A DNA stretch of 64,000 nucleotides, from positions 32,001 to 96,000 of IMG/VR virus record IMGVR_UViG_3300032138_000524. One strand, given 5' to 3'. Positions within the stretch are counted from its first letter, which is position 1. Each line of letters opens with the position of its first letter. The notes under the pieces were generated by a model. It was not told the origin of the DNA, searched no databases, and saw only the letters and a list, made by a program, of their open reading frames with translations. This DNA comes from a virus. Its lineage: Duplodnaviria; Caudoviricetes. The position numbers and the translations under genes are program-made. Below, piece by piece: positions 9,358 to 18,542 of this stretch.

Positions 9358-10618
9358 GTTTGATAGTTTTTTAGAAAAGTATCAAGATTCGAGTTGTATT
9401 TTAATTCCAATTTTATGTGATGTGAATAAACATCCACTTGAGAATTCTTTGTGCTTACTTTATGTTAAATTGTTGGCTCTAAACGATAGTGGTGAATATC
9501 TTTTACCGTTTAATCATAGTGAAGCGATTAATCTTGATGTATCATATCTTGACAAGTTAAATTCAGACTATAAGAAATATATCTATAATAAAAAAGAATT
9601 TAATCATATTGTTAAATGGAAAAATGTTATAGATATAAATTTTCAACATTATATGGAATACAATGAACCATTATATATTGAAGATATAACTACAAATACA
9701 CACGATTATTTTAATAGAAAATATTATAAATTAAATAGAGTAAATTGTGTAATTCCTATATTGAAACATTTGGAATTGTGTAGAAAATTATCCAATGAAT
9801 TTCAGAAACATATTGATTTACCAGTTCATCAAGAATACAATGATAATATAATTGATAACTTAACATATTTAGAATCTTCAGGATTAAGATGTGATAAAGA
9901 TATAGTTTATAGTGAATATAATCCCTATACATCAACGGGTAGACCAAGTAATAGGTTCGGTGGAATTAATTTTGCAGCACTAAATAAAACAGATGGATCA
10001 CGAAAACCATTTCAGAGTAGATTTGAAAACGGAATGTTAGTAGAGTTTGATTATGATGCATATCACTTACGATTGATAGGTGAAGTGGTAGATTATAAAT
10101 TTCCTGAAGGTTCAGTTCATAAACATATGGCAAGGTTTTACGGTGACGTTACCTATGGTGAGTCGAAAAATCAGTCTTTTCAGTATCTTTATGGTCATAT
10201 TCCAATAGATGTAGTTCAAATCAATCCATTTTTTGGTAAAGTTCACGATTATATTAATAAAATTTGGAGTGAATATAAACAAGGAGATTTTATAACTTCT
10301 AATATTTATAATAAGAAGATATTTAGGAAAAACTTATCTGAAATGAATAGGAATAAGCTATTTAACTATATGATACAGTTGATGGAAACAGAAAACAATA
10401 TGAAAATGTTAAGTAATTTGATTCCTACTTTAGAATCATACAATAGTAGATTGATTTTGTATAGTTATGATTCATTTTTGTTTGACTTTAACTTAGACGA
10501 TGGAGTAGACTTTTTGAAAAAAATTAAAAAGATTATTGAGAGTAACGGGTTATTTCCCACTAAAACAAGTAAGGGGACAAACTATCATGAAATGGAAGAT
10601 ATCACAGAGAAATTATGA
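9335..10618 (+). CDS. Compact, divergent family-A DNA polymerase-like protein
   Basis: TSTGRPSN; motif A EFDYDAYHLR; motif B KNQSFQYLYG; NYMIQ; motif C-like YSYDS. Confidence 0.7.
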   Translation: MIVETKLEFDSFLEKYQDSSCILIPILCDVNKHPLENSLCLLYVKLLALNDSGEYLLPFNHSEAINLDVSYLDKLNSDYKKYIYNKKEFNHIVKWKNVIDINFQHYMEYNEPLYIEDITTNTHDYFNRKYYKLNRVNCVIPILKHLELCRKLSNEFQKHIDLPVHQEYNDNIIDNLTYLESSGLRCDKDIVYSEYNPYTSTGRPSNRFGGINFAALNKTDGSRKPFQSRFENGMLVEFDYDAYHLRLIGEVVDYKFPEGSVHKHMARFYGDVTYGESKNQSFQYLYGHIPIDVVQINPFFGKVHDYINKIWSEYKQGDFITSNIYNKKIFRKNLSEMNRNKLFNYMIQLMETENNMKMLSNLIPTLESYNSRLILYSYDSFLFDFNLDDGVDFLKKIKKIIESNGLFPTKTSKGTNYHEMEDITEKL

Positions 10619-12978
10619 ACGATTGGGATAAAATATTAGACGATTTTGCACGTAAGTGTAAAGGTGGTGCACCAGATATGACCAACCCACGTCATCTTGC
10701 ATTACTCAGAGAATCACTAATAAAGTTCGGTTGGAAAGAGTTTGCTACGAATGAGTTTATTGGTAATTTGAGAGAAGGGGAAGATATAAAAATAGTAAAG
10801 GCAGATACAGTTGCACAGGCAAAAGCTTTAGCAAAAAAAGGACAATATTGGAGTGGAAATCACAAGGGAGCTAAAGTATATGGACCAAAGGGTGGTAAAA
10901 AAGATGAAAAAGGTGAAGATGAAGAAGATCAAAGAATAGGATGGAATACTAATTCTAATGTAACTTCAATAGATATAGATGTTCTGGATGGTGAAGCTAA
11001 AAAAGGTGGTATGGATAAAAAGGTAAAGGCACCTGGTAATGATACATCAACAGTAAATGAAATAGGTGTTGGATATGCTATGGCTTGTATGGATGAATCA
11101 CCGAAAGATGTAAAAGGTTGTTTAGATGAGAAATTAAATGATTCTAAATTAGGTTTGAAAACATCAACTCCGAAAAGAGAATTAATTATTCAATCTGCTA
11201 GAGCTGAAAGAAAAAGGGTTGATGACTATATAAAAAATCCTGAAAATGGGTTATCTGAAGATACAAAAGTTTCCCATGTTTGGGGCTCAAAAGAATCTTT
11301 ATCATCTACTGTTGATAAATTAGGTGGCCAAGGTGTAACAGAAATTAATGGAATACCATTTAATCCAAAGGCCGAATTATATGATATAAATTCTGCTGGT
11401 GAAAAAGTTCCAAAACCTGTTGTAATAGATCCAAAAACAGGTAAACCAACCAACTATGCTTCAGTTATTTTAAATGGTGGTGGTGGAGATGATCCAACAG
11501 ATACAACAGTTGTATTGGTTGATCCTGAAACTAAAAAATGTGTAATATTACACACATCCAATAAAACAACATCACAAGATATTCAAGGGAATGGTTCACC
11601 ACATGAAGAATTAGAATCTATTGGTGAAAATACGAAGAAGAAATTAAAAGTTGAAGATAATAGAACTGCAGTTGATGCAGCACAAAAGGATACACAAAAT
11701 ACAATAACAAATGCTAGAAAAAAACAAAAAGAATATGTTAATGGACAATCCAGAAAATTAAATGCTTATGCTAAGAATGAAAAAGCTCAGAAATATATGT
11801 TAGATAGATTGTTAGGTGACGAAGATAGTGATCCACGTGGTATATCAGATACAAAAGGTAAATATTGGAAATCAGTTCAAACTCATCCAGCAGTTAAAGC
11901 TTATATGAAAAAGAGGTTTGGTAAAGATTGGAAGATAGCTATGGATGATCCTGGAAATGCTATATTTGGAAAAGATGGTACTACTGGATCTGGTGGTCAT
12001 ATGGAAGATGATATAAGAATGGAAATGTTGAAAGTATATGGAAATGCCTTAGAAAATCCACGAAAAGTAAAAGACAAAGATCCCAGTTCTGATACATATG
12101 GACAAGAGATAGATGAACCATTAAGAGATGCTGATGTTCAGATTATATCAAGAATGTTCGGTGAAACAAGAATGAATGTTATGAACGAAGATGGACCACC
12201 ACCGACTGTTAAGAAACAGAAAAATAAAGATGGTTCTGAAATAAATGTAACAAAAAAAGTTCATGGTGAAGAACATATGACAGGAAAAAAAATTCCAGAT
12301 GATGAAAATAAATTTTCTAATAAAAGATTAAAAGAGTTTTATTCACAACAAACTGAAGCTATAAATGATAATAGATTAAAATTAAATGAAATAGGTGAAA
12401 GAGAAGGTAATCCTAAACTTGGAGATCAACAGCACACACAAAGAATGATTGATAGATTACATTTAAATATTGCTGGTGAAGATCCACATAATCCCGGTGG
12501 TATTCCAGCGGAAAACTTCCAATTAAATATGGGTGTATTAAACAATAAAGCCGCAATTAGAAAAGATAAAGATGGTAATTTTGTATCTAAGAGAAAAGGT
12601 GGTTATTATAAAATGGATGAAACTGGGGAATGGACTGTTGGTCCAATAACGGATAATGATGGGAAACCACTTAAAAAGAATGACTTTGAAGATAATGATT
12701 GTGCTGTTATAGCTGATGGTAAATCACATAGGTCGTGTTTAGGTTTGAAAGAAGGTGAAGAAGTTATTGATGGGTTTAATGTTAAAAAAGGAATAATTAA
12801 AGAAAGTGGTGAATCTTTAGTTGCTATTATATATGATAAGAATGACCAACCTGTTGCTATACAAACTTGTAGGTCAAAATCTGGTCCTGGTGGTGCAGTA
12901 AATGATACGTTACATTGGTCAAAGGATTACCAAAAATGTTTAGCTGAACATACAATATCAAGTGGTAGGTGTGGTTAA
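10615..12978 (+). CDS. Large hypothetical phage protein, possibly with a PD-(D/E)xK-like nuclease domain
   Basis: 787 aa, highly charged. 'VNE...DPTD(x)nHTSNK' loosely resembles a restriction-fold active site. Confidence 0.45.
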   Translation: MNDWDKILDDFARKCKGGAPDMTNPRHLALLRESLIKFGWKEFATNEFIGNLREGEDIKIVKADTVAQAKALAKKGQYWSGNHKGAKVYGPKGGKKDEKGEDEEDQRIGWNTNSNVTSIDIDVLDGEAKKGGMDKKVKAPGNDTSTVNEIGVGYAMACMDESPKDVKGCLDEKLNDSKLGLKTSTPKRELIIQSARAERKRVDDYIKNPENGLSEDTKVSHVWGSKESLSSTVDKLGGQGVTEINGIPFNPKAELYDINSAGEKVPKPVVIDPKTGKPTNYASVILNGGGGDDPTDTTVVLVDPETKKCVILHTSNKTTSQDIQGNGSPHEELESIGENTKKKLKVEDNRTAVDAAQKDTQNTITNARKKQKEYVNGQSRKLNAYAKNEKAQKYMLDRLLGDEDSDPRGISDTKGKYWKSVQTHPAVKAYMKKRFGKDWKIAMDDPGNAIFGKDGTTGSGGHMEDDIRMEMLKVYGNALENPRKVKDKDPSSDTYGQEIDEPLRDADVQIISRMFGETRMNVMNEDGPPPTVKKQKNKDGSEINVTKKVHGEEHMTGKKIPDDENKFSNKRLKEFYSQQTEAINDNRLKLNEIGEREGNPKLGDQQHTQRMIDRLHLNIAGEDPHNPGGIPAENFQLNMGVLNNKAAIRKDKDGNFVSKRKGGYYKMDETGEWTVGPITDNDGKPLKKNDFEDNDCAVIADGKSHRSCLGLKEGEEVIDGFNVKKGIIKESGESLVAIIYDKNDQPVAIQTCRSKSGPGGAVNDTLHWSKDYQKCLAEHTISSGRCG

Positions 12979-13409
12979 TGAAAACTCAACTACTCTGCAC
13001 ATTCACTAAACGAAATAGACTCTACGATACAATAGGGCTAATCATTGAATGCCACGATATAGTTTTCAATAAGATTTATGTATTTGCAAATGAAGATGAC
13101 CATCATCAGTTAATTTGTACTTACAACATTCCACAAAACCAAGATAATTTCATAGAGGGTATTGATACGATAGCATTACATCGAAAGAAACAGACCAACA
13201 CACTTTATACCATTAATTCATTAAATGAAATCATTAGAGAAAAGAATCAAGGAGTTTTAGATAAAACATTTCCCGTTCCTTGGGAAGAATATCAAAATAC
13301 TTTGTTATTAGTAAATGATGAAGGATTAAATCAAATCCATACACGAATTTATACTATCGTAAATGTAGATACTTGGGAGAATGACCAAAAATTAAGAGAT
13401 GAATTATAG
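12978..13409 (+). CDS. Conserved hypothetical phage protein
   Basis: MKTQLLCTF...HRKKQTNTLYTINSLN; start overlaps the previous stop (TAATG). Confidence 0.65.
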   Translation: MKTQLLCTFTKRNRLYDTIGLIIECHDIVFNKIYVFANEDDHHQLICTYNIPQNQDNFIEGIDTIALHRKKQTNTLYTINSLNEIIREKNQGVLDKTFPVPWEEYQNTLLLVNDEGLNQIHTRIYTIVNVDTWENDQKLRDEL

Positions 13410-14235
13410 GTTTTACTATCCAGAATGGAATAATCGTAAAGAAGTCTGTAAAGACTACCCACAAATAAAAGAAATAACACGAGAACCAACAGCTTTTTGG
13501 TATGGAGTTGGGCCAAAGAGAACCATCCGAAAAACCAAAAAATCAATCCAAAGACTATTAAAACGGGCAGACCCGTATTTACCTATATTAGTTGTATATT
13601 CAATTCCATACAGAGATTTAGGACATCATTCAAAAGGTGGTGCAGAAAGTGATAAAGAGTATTTAAAGTTTATTAGTGAATTCTGTGACGCAATAGGTGA
13701 TAGAAGTCCTATTGTGATATACGAACCAGATTGTATTCCACATATGGAAGATATGGGAGTGGTAGATGGATTAAAACGATTATCTTTGATAAAGAAATCA
13801 GTTGAAATGTTGAGTAGGACAAATTCGTTGGTTTATCTTGATATCGGACATCCAACATGGTTATCAGTCCCAAAAGCTGTCTCATATCTAAGAATGTGTG
13901 ATATACACAAAGTTAGGGGGTTTAGTATCAATACAAGTAACTATTATGCTACAACTACCTGTTATAAGTATGGAAAGACTATAAGTAAGAGATTAGATGG
14001 TAAACATTTCGTAATCGACACGTCAAGAAATGGTAATGGAGCTAATAAAGAACATTTTAATCCATATGGAAGGTCAGTTGGACAGTATCCAACTACTCAA
14101 ACTTGTGATGATATAGTAGATGCATACCTTTGGATTAAAATACCAGGTGAAAGTGATGGAAAAGTGAATGGAGGACCTAAAGCAGGTCGTTTTTCACACA
14201 ATTTAGCGTTAGATTTGATACATAATCGGAAATAG
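13399..14235 (+). CDS. Glycoside hydrolase family 6 (endoglucanase-like)
   Basis: YSIPYRD..HSKGGA, IYEPD, YLDIGHPTWL, RGFSINTSNY, HFVIDTSRNGNG, YLWIKIPGESDG. Confidence 0.88.
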   Translation: MNYRFYYPEWNNRKEVCKDYPQIKEITREPTAFWYGVGPKRTIRKTKKSIQRLLKRADPYLPILVVYSIPYRDLGHHSKGGAESDKEYLKFISEFCDAIGDRSPIVIYEPDCIPHMEDMGVVDGLKRLSLIKKSVEMLSRTNSLVYLDIGHPTWLSVPKAVSYLRMCDIHKVRGFSINTSNYYATTTCYKYGKTISKRLDGKHFVIDTSRNGNGANKEHFNPYGRSVGQYPTTQTCDDIVDAYLWIKIPGESDGKVNGGPKAGRFSHNLALDLIHNRK

Positions 14236-14264
14236 TTTATATTTATTACTGAAAGGAGATTCTT

Positions 14265-14582
14265 ATGAAAAAGATGATATTACTACTTGCATTGATAATT
14301 CCTTTATCAGCTCAAGATAGTACAAAAACAAAAGAGTCCAAAGGTCAGAAAGTTGTTCGACATTTACAAGATGGTGAATGGAGAAAATTTGAAGCCGCCC
14401 ACCGTAGAGCACATTCCAAACGCGGACAACCACAAACTTATATTAGAGAATCTAAAAAACACAATTGGAAACGAACTATTAGTTATGTAGTAGTTGGTGG
14501 ACTTGGATATTACATTGGTACTTTGGAACATAAAGATAAACATGGTATGAAACGTAGACCATATATGGGGGATAGAAAATAA
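14265..14582 (+). CDS. Secreted/membrane protein
   Basis: Signal peptide MKKMILLLALIIPLSA-Q; AAGGAG RBS. Confidence 0.6.
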   Translation: MKKMILLLALIIPLSAQDSTKTKESKGQKVVRHLQDGEWRKFEAAHRRAHSKRGQPQTYIRESKKHNWKRTISYVVVGGLGYYIGTLEHKDKHGMKRRPYMGDRK

Positions 14583-14671
14583 TGGAATGGAATCAAATAA
14601 TTTCGTTAAGTATATTTTTGATATTAGTTGTGGTTGAATATATTAGACCAGGGACTATTACTTCAAAATGA
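14582..14671 (+). CDS. 29-aa single-TM peptide (not in the ORF track)
   Basis: MEWNQIISLSIFLILVVVEYIRPGTITSK; coupled by TAATG upstream and ATGA downstream. Confidence 0.5.
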   Translation: MEWNQIISLSIFLILVVVEYIRPGTITSK

Positions 14672-15225
14672 AACTTAAAAACATATTACTGAGTTGTGTA
14701 TTCATCTTTGGGAGCTTGTCTCTATCGGGGTGTTATACACAGCTCTCTATGTTTCATCCTGACCCAGAAGGTGAAGAAGAACAATTTTATCCTTATTCAG
14801 TAGCAAGAGTAAGACCAAATCTTTCTCTGTATGCAAATGATGGAGCAGGAACATCATTGAGTATGGCATATCAAATGATGTATAATAGGTTTAGTGGGTT
14901 TATGGGAAACAGATACAGTTATTATAACCCATATTATTATGGTGGATATTATAATGATTTTATTACCATTCAAGGTGGAACATATTCGGTTTGGATTCCA
15001 GGTATTAAAGAACATAAACCAAGACTTTGGACAACAGATAGAGATGGTAATACAAATTATCCCAATACACCAAAAACTAAATTAAGAGTTACGAGAACAC
15101 GGACTAATACTACTAATAGAGTATCCGACCCGTATCCAGTACAAGATACACCACGACAAGATACTTTTAATAGTCAAAGACCAAATAACTCATCAGGTGG
15201 AACAAGAGCAACACGAAGAAATTAA
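14668..15225 (+). CDS. Lipoprotein
   Basis: Lipobox LSG-C followed by YTQL; Tyr/Gly-rich middle; R/T/S-rich disordered tail. Confidence 0.7.
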   Translation: MKLKNILLSCVFIFGSLSLSGCYTQLSMFHPDPEGEEEQFYPYSVARVRPNLSLYANDGAGTSLSMAYQMMYNRFSGFMGNRYSYYNPYYYGGYYNDFITIQGGTYSVWIPGIKEHKPRLWTTDRDGNTNYPNTPKTKLRVTRTRTNTTNRVSDPYPVQDTPRQDTFNSQRPNNSSGGTRATRRN

Positions 15226-15254
15226 AAAAAACTTAAAAAAAGTGAAAAAAAGCC

Positions 15255-15283
15255 TTGACTTTCTCGTTTTTTTGTCGTAAGAT
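15255..15283 (+). promoter_or_regulatory. sigma70-type early promoter 1
   Basis: TTGACT-N17-TAAGAT with A-tract UP element. Confidence 0.8.
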
Positions 15284-15288
15284 CAAGT

Positions 15289-15636
15289 ATGGAAAAAAGG
15301 GAAAATATAATGGTTTTAGAAAAAAACATTAAAAGTGGTGTTACTAAGTTTATGGAACACCTTAACAATACTATGGATAAACCTAATGGTTATGAGTATG
15401 AATTAAATACTCGTGGGAGTAAGTATTTCAAAGTTGAAATGAAATCTCACGGAAGTCGTTCTGTTTATTGTTTTATTGAAAAATCAACGGGAAACATTCT
15501 TAAATCAGCAGGTTGGAGAGCACCAGCTAAAGGTTCTCGTGGTTCAGTTCTTGTTGTAGATTCATACAAACATTCTGATTGGAGTGGTGGATGGTTATAC
15601 AAGATTTTTGGAAATGTTTATAATACAATAGGTTAG
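15289..15636 (+). CDS. Small early phage protein
   Basis: KYFKV...RSVYCFIEKSTGNILKSAGWRAPAK; alternative start at 15310. Confidence 0.65.
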   Translation: MEKRENIMVLEKNIKSGVTKFMEHLNNTMDKPNGYEYELNTRGSKYFKVEMKSHGSRSVYCFIEKSTGNILKSAGWRAPAKGSRGSVLVVDSYKHSDWSGGWLYKIFGNVYNTIG

Positions 15637-15638
15637 TT

Positions 15639-15827
15639 ATGAAATTTAAAGAAATAATCAGTAAATTAGAAGAAATAGAAGGTAGTTTAGATGACGCTTT
15701 CTATTCTTTACCAGAGTATAACGCAAATACTGATTCAAGGGATTATATAGATTCCGCACGAAGTGAGTTATATTCTTTAAAAGAAGATATTGAAAAAAAA
15801 CTTAAAAAAAGTGAAAATAAAGCTTGA
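15639..15827 (+). CDS. Small helical hypothetical protein
   Basis: 62-aa ORF, closely spaced after the previous gene. Confidence 0.55.
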   Translation: MKFKEIISKLEEIEGSLDDAFYSLPEYNANTDSRDYIDSARSELYSLKEDIEKKLKKSENKA

Positions 15828-15852
15828 CTTTATCATTTTTTTGTCGTAAGAT
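15824..15852 (+). promoter_or_regulatory. sigma70-type early promoter 2
   Basis: TTGACT-N17-TAAGAT; near-identical ~65-bp repeat of promoter 1. Confidence 0.8.
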
Positions 15853-15879
15853 CAAGTAACAAATAGAGAGAGTAAATAA

Positions 15880-16128
15880 ATGTTAAACATAAAAAACGAA
15901 ATCAGAAAATTAGATAGTCTTTCAGAGTTGAATGAACTATCAGCATTTATCAATGATTGTAAAGTGATGTTAGGTAGAATGTCATTTTCTGTTGGGGATA
16001 AAGTTTATGTAGTCCAAAAGACTAAGAAAACCGAAGGTAGGATTACTAAAGTCAACAAAGTTAAATGTGTTGTTGATATGAGAGGTCGGTTATACAATGT
16101 TCCAATGTCAATGTTGGAGATGAGGTAA
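15880..16128 (+). CDS. Small protein with SH3/KOW-like C-terminal barrel
   Basis: FSVGDKVYV...GRITKVNKVKCVVD...YNVPMSML. Confidence 0.6.
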   Translation: MLNIKNEIRKLDSLSELNELSAFINDCKVMLGRMSFSVGDKVYVVQKTKKTEGRITKVNKVKCVVDMRGRLYNVPMSMLEMR

Positions 16129-16145
16129 AAAAGTCAAAAAAAGCC

Positions 16146-16174
16146 TTGACTTTTACAAATTTTATTCGTAAGAT
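16146..16174 (+). promoter_or_regulatory. sigma70-type early promoter 3 (no CDS follows)
   Basis: TTGACT-N17-TAAGAT. Confidence 0.75.
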
Positions 16175-16179
16175 CAATA

Positions 16180-16434
16180 GTAATGAGAGAGATATGGAAA
16201 TACTAAAAATACTTGTTTAACCCCGTTTGATTAGGTTCATATAAAAGTGTCTAAGGGGAGTTTAAGACACACGAGAGAAAAAAAAATTCGTGGTTTCGTC
16301 CTTTCTACGATAATTTGAAAGGGTGGTGGGTTTGAGAGTGACTACCTATTTGGAACTCTCAAAAATTTTGGGGAATAGATAGTTAGACTATACCGCTGGA
16401 CTCGTTTGAGGACTCTGGATTCCCCAATTTTTTT
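16180..16434 (+). ncRNA. Candidate multi-hairpin ncRNA
   Basis: Serial stems GTGTCT/AGACAC, CACGAG/TTCGTG, CCTTTC/GAAAGG, TTTGAGAGT/ACTCTCAAA and TTGGGGAAT/ATTCCCCAA followed by T7; lies downstream of promoter 3. Confidence 0.5.
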
Positions 16435-16482
16435 AGCTATAAAAGATAGTGTTTGAGAAATTTATGAGATATATATATTAAA

Positions 16483-16547
16483 TGGTGGTGAGGTTTTTTT
16501 ACATATACCCGATAATTTTTAATTATCTAAAACTCACCACTTTTTTT
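16483..16547 (+). ncRNA. Candidate small hairpin RNA
   Basis: GTGGTGAG/CTCACCAC stem with inner GATAATT/AATTATC, followed by T7; preceded by a TTTGAGAAATTT...TATATAT motif. Confidence 0.4.
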
Positions 16548-16624
16548 AAAAAAAGCGAAGAAAAAAGACGTTTTGAGAAATTTGGAGTATATATATAATA
16601 TACGATTAAAATTAAAGAATTAAA

Positions 16625-16788
16625 TTTTGTGGGTCGGAGTTGTAAGATTACCATACGAGAAGAGAAAGACGGTTTTATCCCGTCTTAAATGGTTGACCGA
16701 ATTCCAGTATAAAAAAAGTTGGAGTGGTTTTCTTGTTTCCATTTGACAAAAAGAACAATACCTCTTATGACATGATTTACCTACAAAA
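16625..16788 (+). ncRNA. Y-RNA-like RNA 1
   Basis: TTTTGTGGGT/ACCTACAAAA stem, CGGA/ATGATTT internal loop, GTTGTAAGA/TCTTATGAC stem; adjacent to the Ro60 gene. Confidence 0.65.
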
Positions 16789-16799
16789 AATATTAAAAT

Positions 16800-16869
16800 T
16801 TCGGGTCGGAGTTGATGGATTATCATTATACCAGACAATAAAGACTCCATTAGCAATAATTTATCCGAA
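16800..16869 (+). ncRNA. Y-RNA-like RNA 2
   Basis: TTCGGGT/ATCCGAA stem, CGGA/AATAATTT loop, GTTGATGGA/TCCATTAGC stem; shares GGGTCGGAGTTG with RNA 1. Confidence 0.6.
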
Positions 16870-16910
16870 TAATATTAAAAATTGAATAATTAAAAAAGGA
16901 GACTTATTAA

Positions 16911-18518
16911 ATGAGCTACCAAGCATATACAACATACAACACAAAAGTTACACCACAATCAGAACCAATTCCAGGTTCTAATCAAGTTCCAAATTCCGCA
17001 GGTGGACATTCTTTTGAAGTTGATATATGGACTCGTTTAAATAGATTTCTTATTTTAGGAACTGAAGGTGGAACATATTATATCCGCCAAAAACAATTAA
17101 CAAAAGAGAACGCCAAGTCAATAAAAAAGTGTATTCTGTTAGATGGAAAACGAGTAGTAGATACCGTTATCAATATTTCAGATACAGGTCGTGCAGTTAA
17201 AAACGATCCAGCACTATTTGTTCTTGCAATGTGTGCAGGACTTGGTGATGATTTTACTCGTAAATACGCCTTAACCAATCTACCAAAAATAGCAAGAATT
17301 GGAACTCATTTGTTTCATTTCGCTGGTTATGTAGAACAGTTTAGAGGTTGGGGTCGTGGACTACGAAAAGCTATCGCAAATTGGTATCTGTTAAAAGAAA
17401 CTGATAAGTTAGCATATCAATCTGTAAAGTATCAACAAAGAGATGGTTGGTCACATAAAGACCTATTGAGATTATCTCATCCATCTACACAAGATGCCAA
17501 TAAAGATTTACTATTTGAGTGGGTTACAAAAGGATATAATTCTTCAAAGGAAGATGAATATAAGGATTCACTCAGTATAATTTGGGCCTTCGAGAAGGTC
17601 AAGTCAGTCCAGACAGATGTGGAAGCTGCTAAATTAGTGGAAGAATATAAACTCCCACTTGAGGCAGTTCCTTCTAACCTAAAGACACCTAAAGTTCTGG
17701 AAACAGCATTACCACATTTGGGATTGACAGCTATTATCAGAAACTTAGGTAACTATACCAAACACGGTATTCTCACTCCCCAAAGTGACGCCCTTAAACT
17801 CGTTACTTCGAGAATAACCGATAAGGGGAAATTGCAGAAGGCCCGTATTCATCCATTAAGTGTATTACAGGCAATGCAAACCTATAAGAGTGGTAAAGGA
17901 CTCAAAGGTTCTGGTGAGTGGGAAGTAAACCCACAAATAGTAGATGCTCTTGATGACGCATTCTACTTGTCTTTCGATAATATAATTCCAACTGGTAAAC
18001 GAGTGATGTTATCACTTGATGTATCTTCATCCATGACTTGGGAAGGTTGTGGTGGAATGCCATCAGTAACACCACGAGTTGGTTCAGCTGCAATGGCAAT
18101 GGTTACAATGAGAACTGAAAGTGATTATCTTATAACAGGTTTTACAACTGGATTAGAGATTCTTGATCTTTCTCCGAAAATGAGATTGGATGATGTATGT
18201 GATAGATTGGAAAATCTTGATTTTGGTGGAACTGATTGTTCATTACCAATGTTATACGCACTTGAGAATGACCTCCAGTTTGACGCCTTCGTAGTTTATA
18301 CAGATAGTGAAACTTGGGCAGGTGAAATGCATCCAGTTGAAGCGTTAAAGATGTATAGAAAGAAAACAGGAATTCCAGCAAAACTAATTGTAGTGGGAAT
18401 GGAAGCAAATGATTTTACAATAGCAGATCCAGATGACTCTGGTATGTTAGATATAGTAGGTTTTGATACGACAGCACCTTCCGTGATGTCCGATTTTATC
18501 AGAGAAGATTTACAGTAA
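16911..18518 (+). CDS. rsr: Ro60/TROVE-domain RNA-binding protein (Rsr ortholog)
   Basis: RLNRFLILGTEGGTYY, RGWGRGLRKA, KYQQRDGWSHKDLLRLSHP; vWA MIDAS DVSSSM, GGTDCSLPM, YTDSETW, DIVGFD. Confidence 0.93.
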   Translation: MSYQAYTTYNTKVTPQSEPIPGSNQVPNSAGGHSFEVDIWTRLNRFLILGTEGGTYYIRQKQLTKENAKSIKKCILLDGKRVVDTVINISDTGRAVKNDPALFVLAMCAGLGDDFTRKYALTNLPKIARIGTHLFHFAGYVEQFRGWGRGLRKAIANWYLLKETDKLAYQSVKYQQRDGWSHKDLLRLSHPSTQDANKDLLFEWVTKGYNSSKEDEYKDSLSIIWAFEKVKSVQTDVEAAKLVEEYKLPLEAVPSNLKTPKVLETALPHLGLTAIIRNLGNYTKHGILTPQSDALKLVTSRITDKGKLQKARIHPLSVLQAMQTYKSGKGLKGSGEWEVNPQIVDALDDAFYLSFDNIIPTGKRVMLSLDVSSSMTWEGCGGMPSVTPRVGSAAMAMVTMRTESDYLITGFTTGLEILDLSPKMRLDDVCDRLENLDFGGTDCSLPMLYALENDLQFDAFVVYTDSETWAGEMHPVEALKMYRKKTGIPAKLIVVGMEANDFTIADPDDSGMLDIVGFDTTAPSVMSDFIREDLQ

Positions 18519-18542
18519 CAAATAAGTAACAAAGGAAAAACA

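Noticed and set aside
15222-16180. Repeats as a CRISPR array
   Set aside because: Only three copies, separated by hundreds of bases of coding sequence; they match promoter consensus.
16368-16428. Canonical tRNA gene
   Set aside because: Acceptor-like stem only; ~60 nt with no TTC T-loop or proper anticodon arm.
16620-16856. 78-aa minus-strand ORF over the Y-like RNAs
   Set aside because: It is antisense to an all-plus-strand region, has no motif, and the sequence is better explained by the paired RNA stems.
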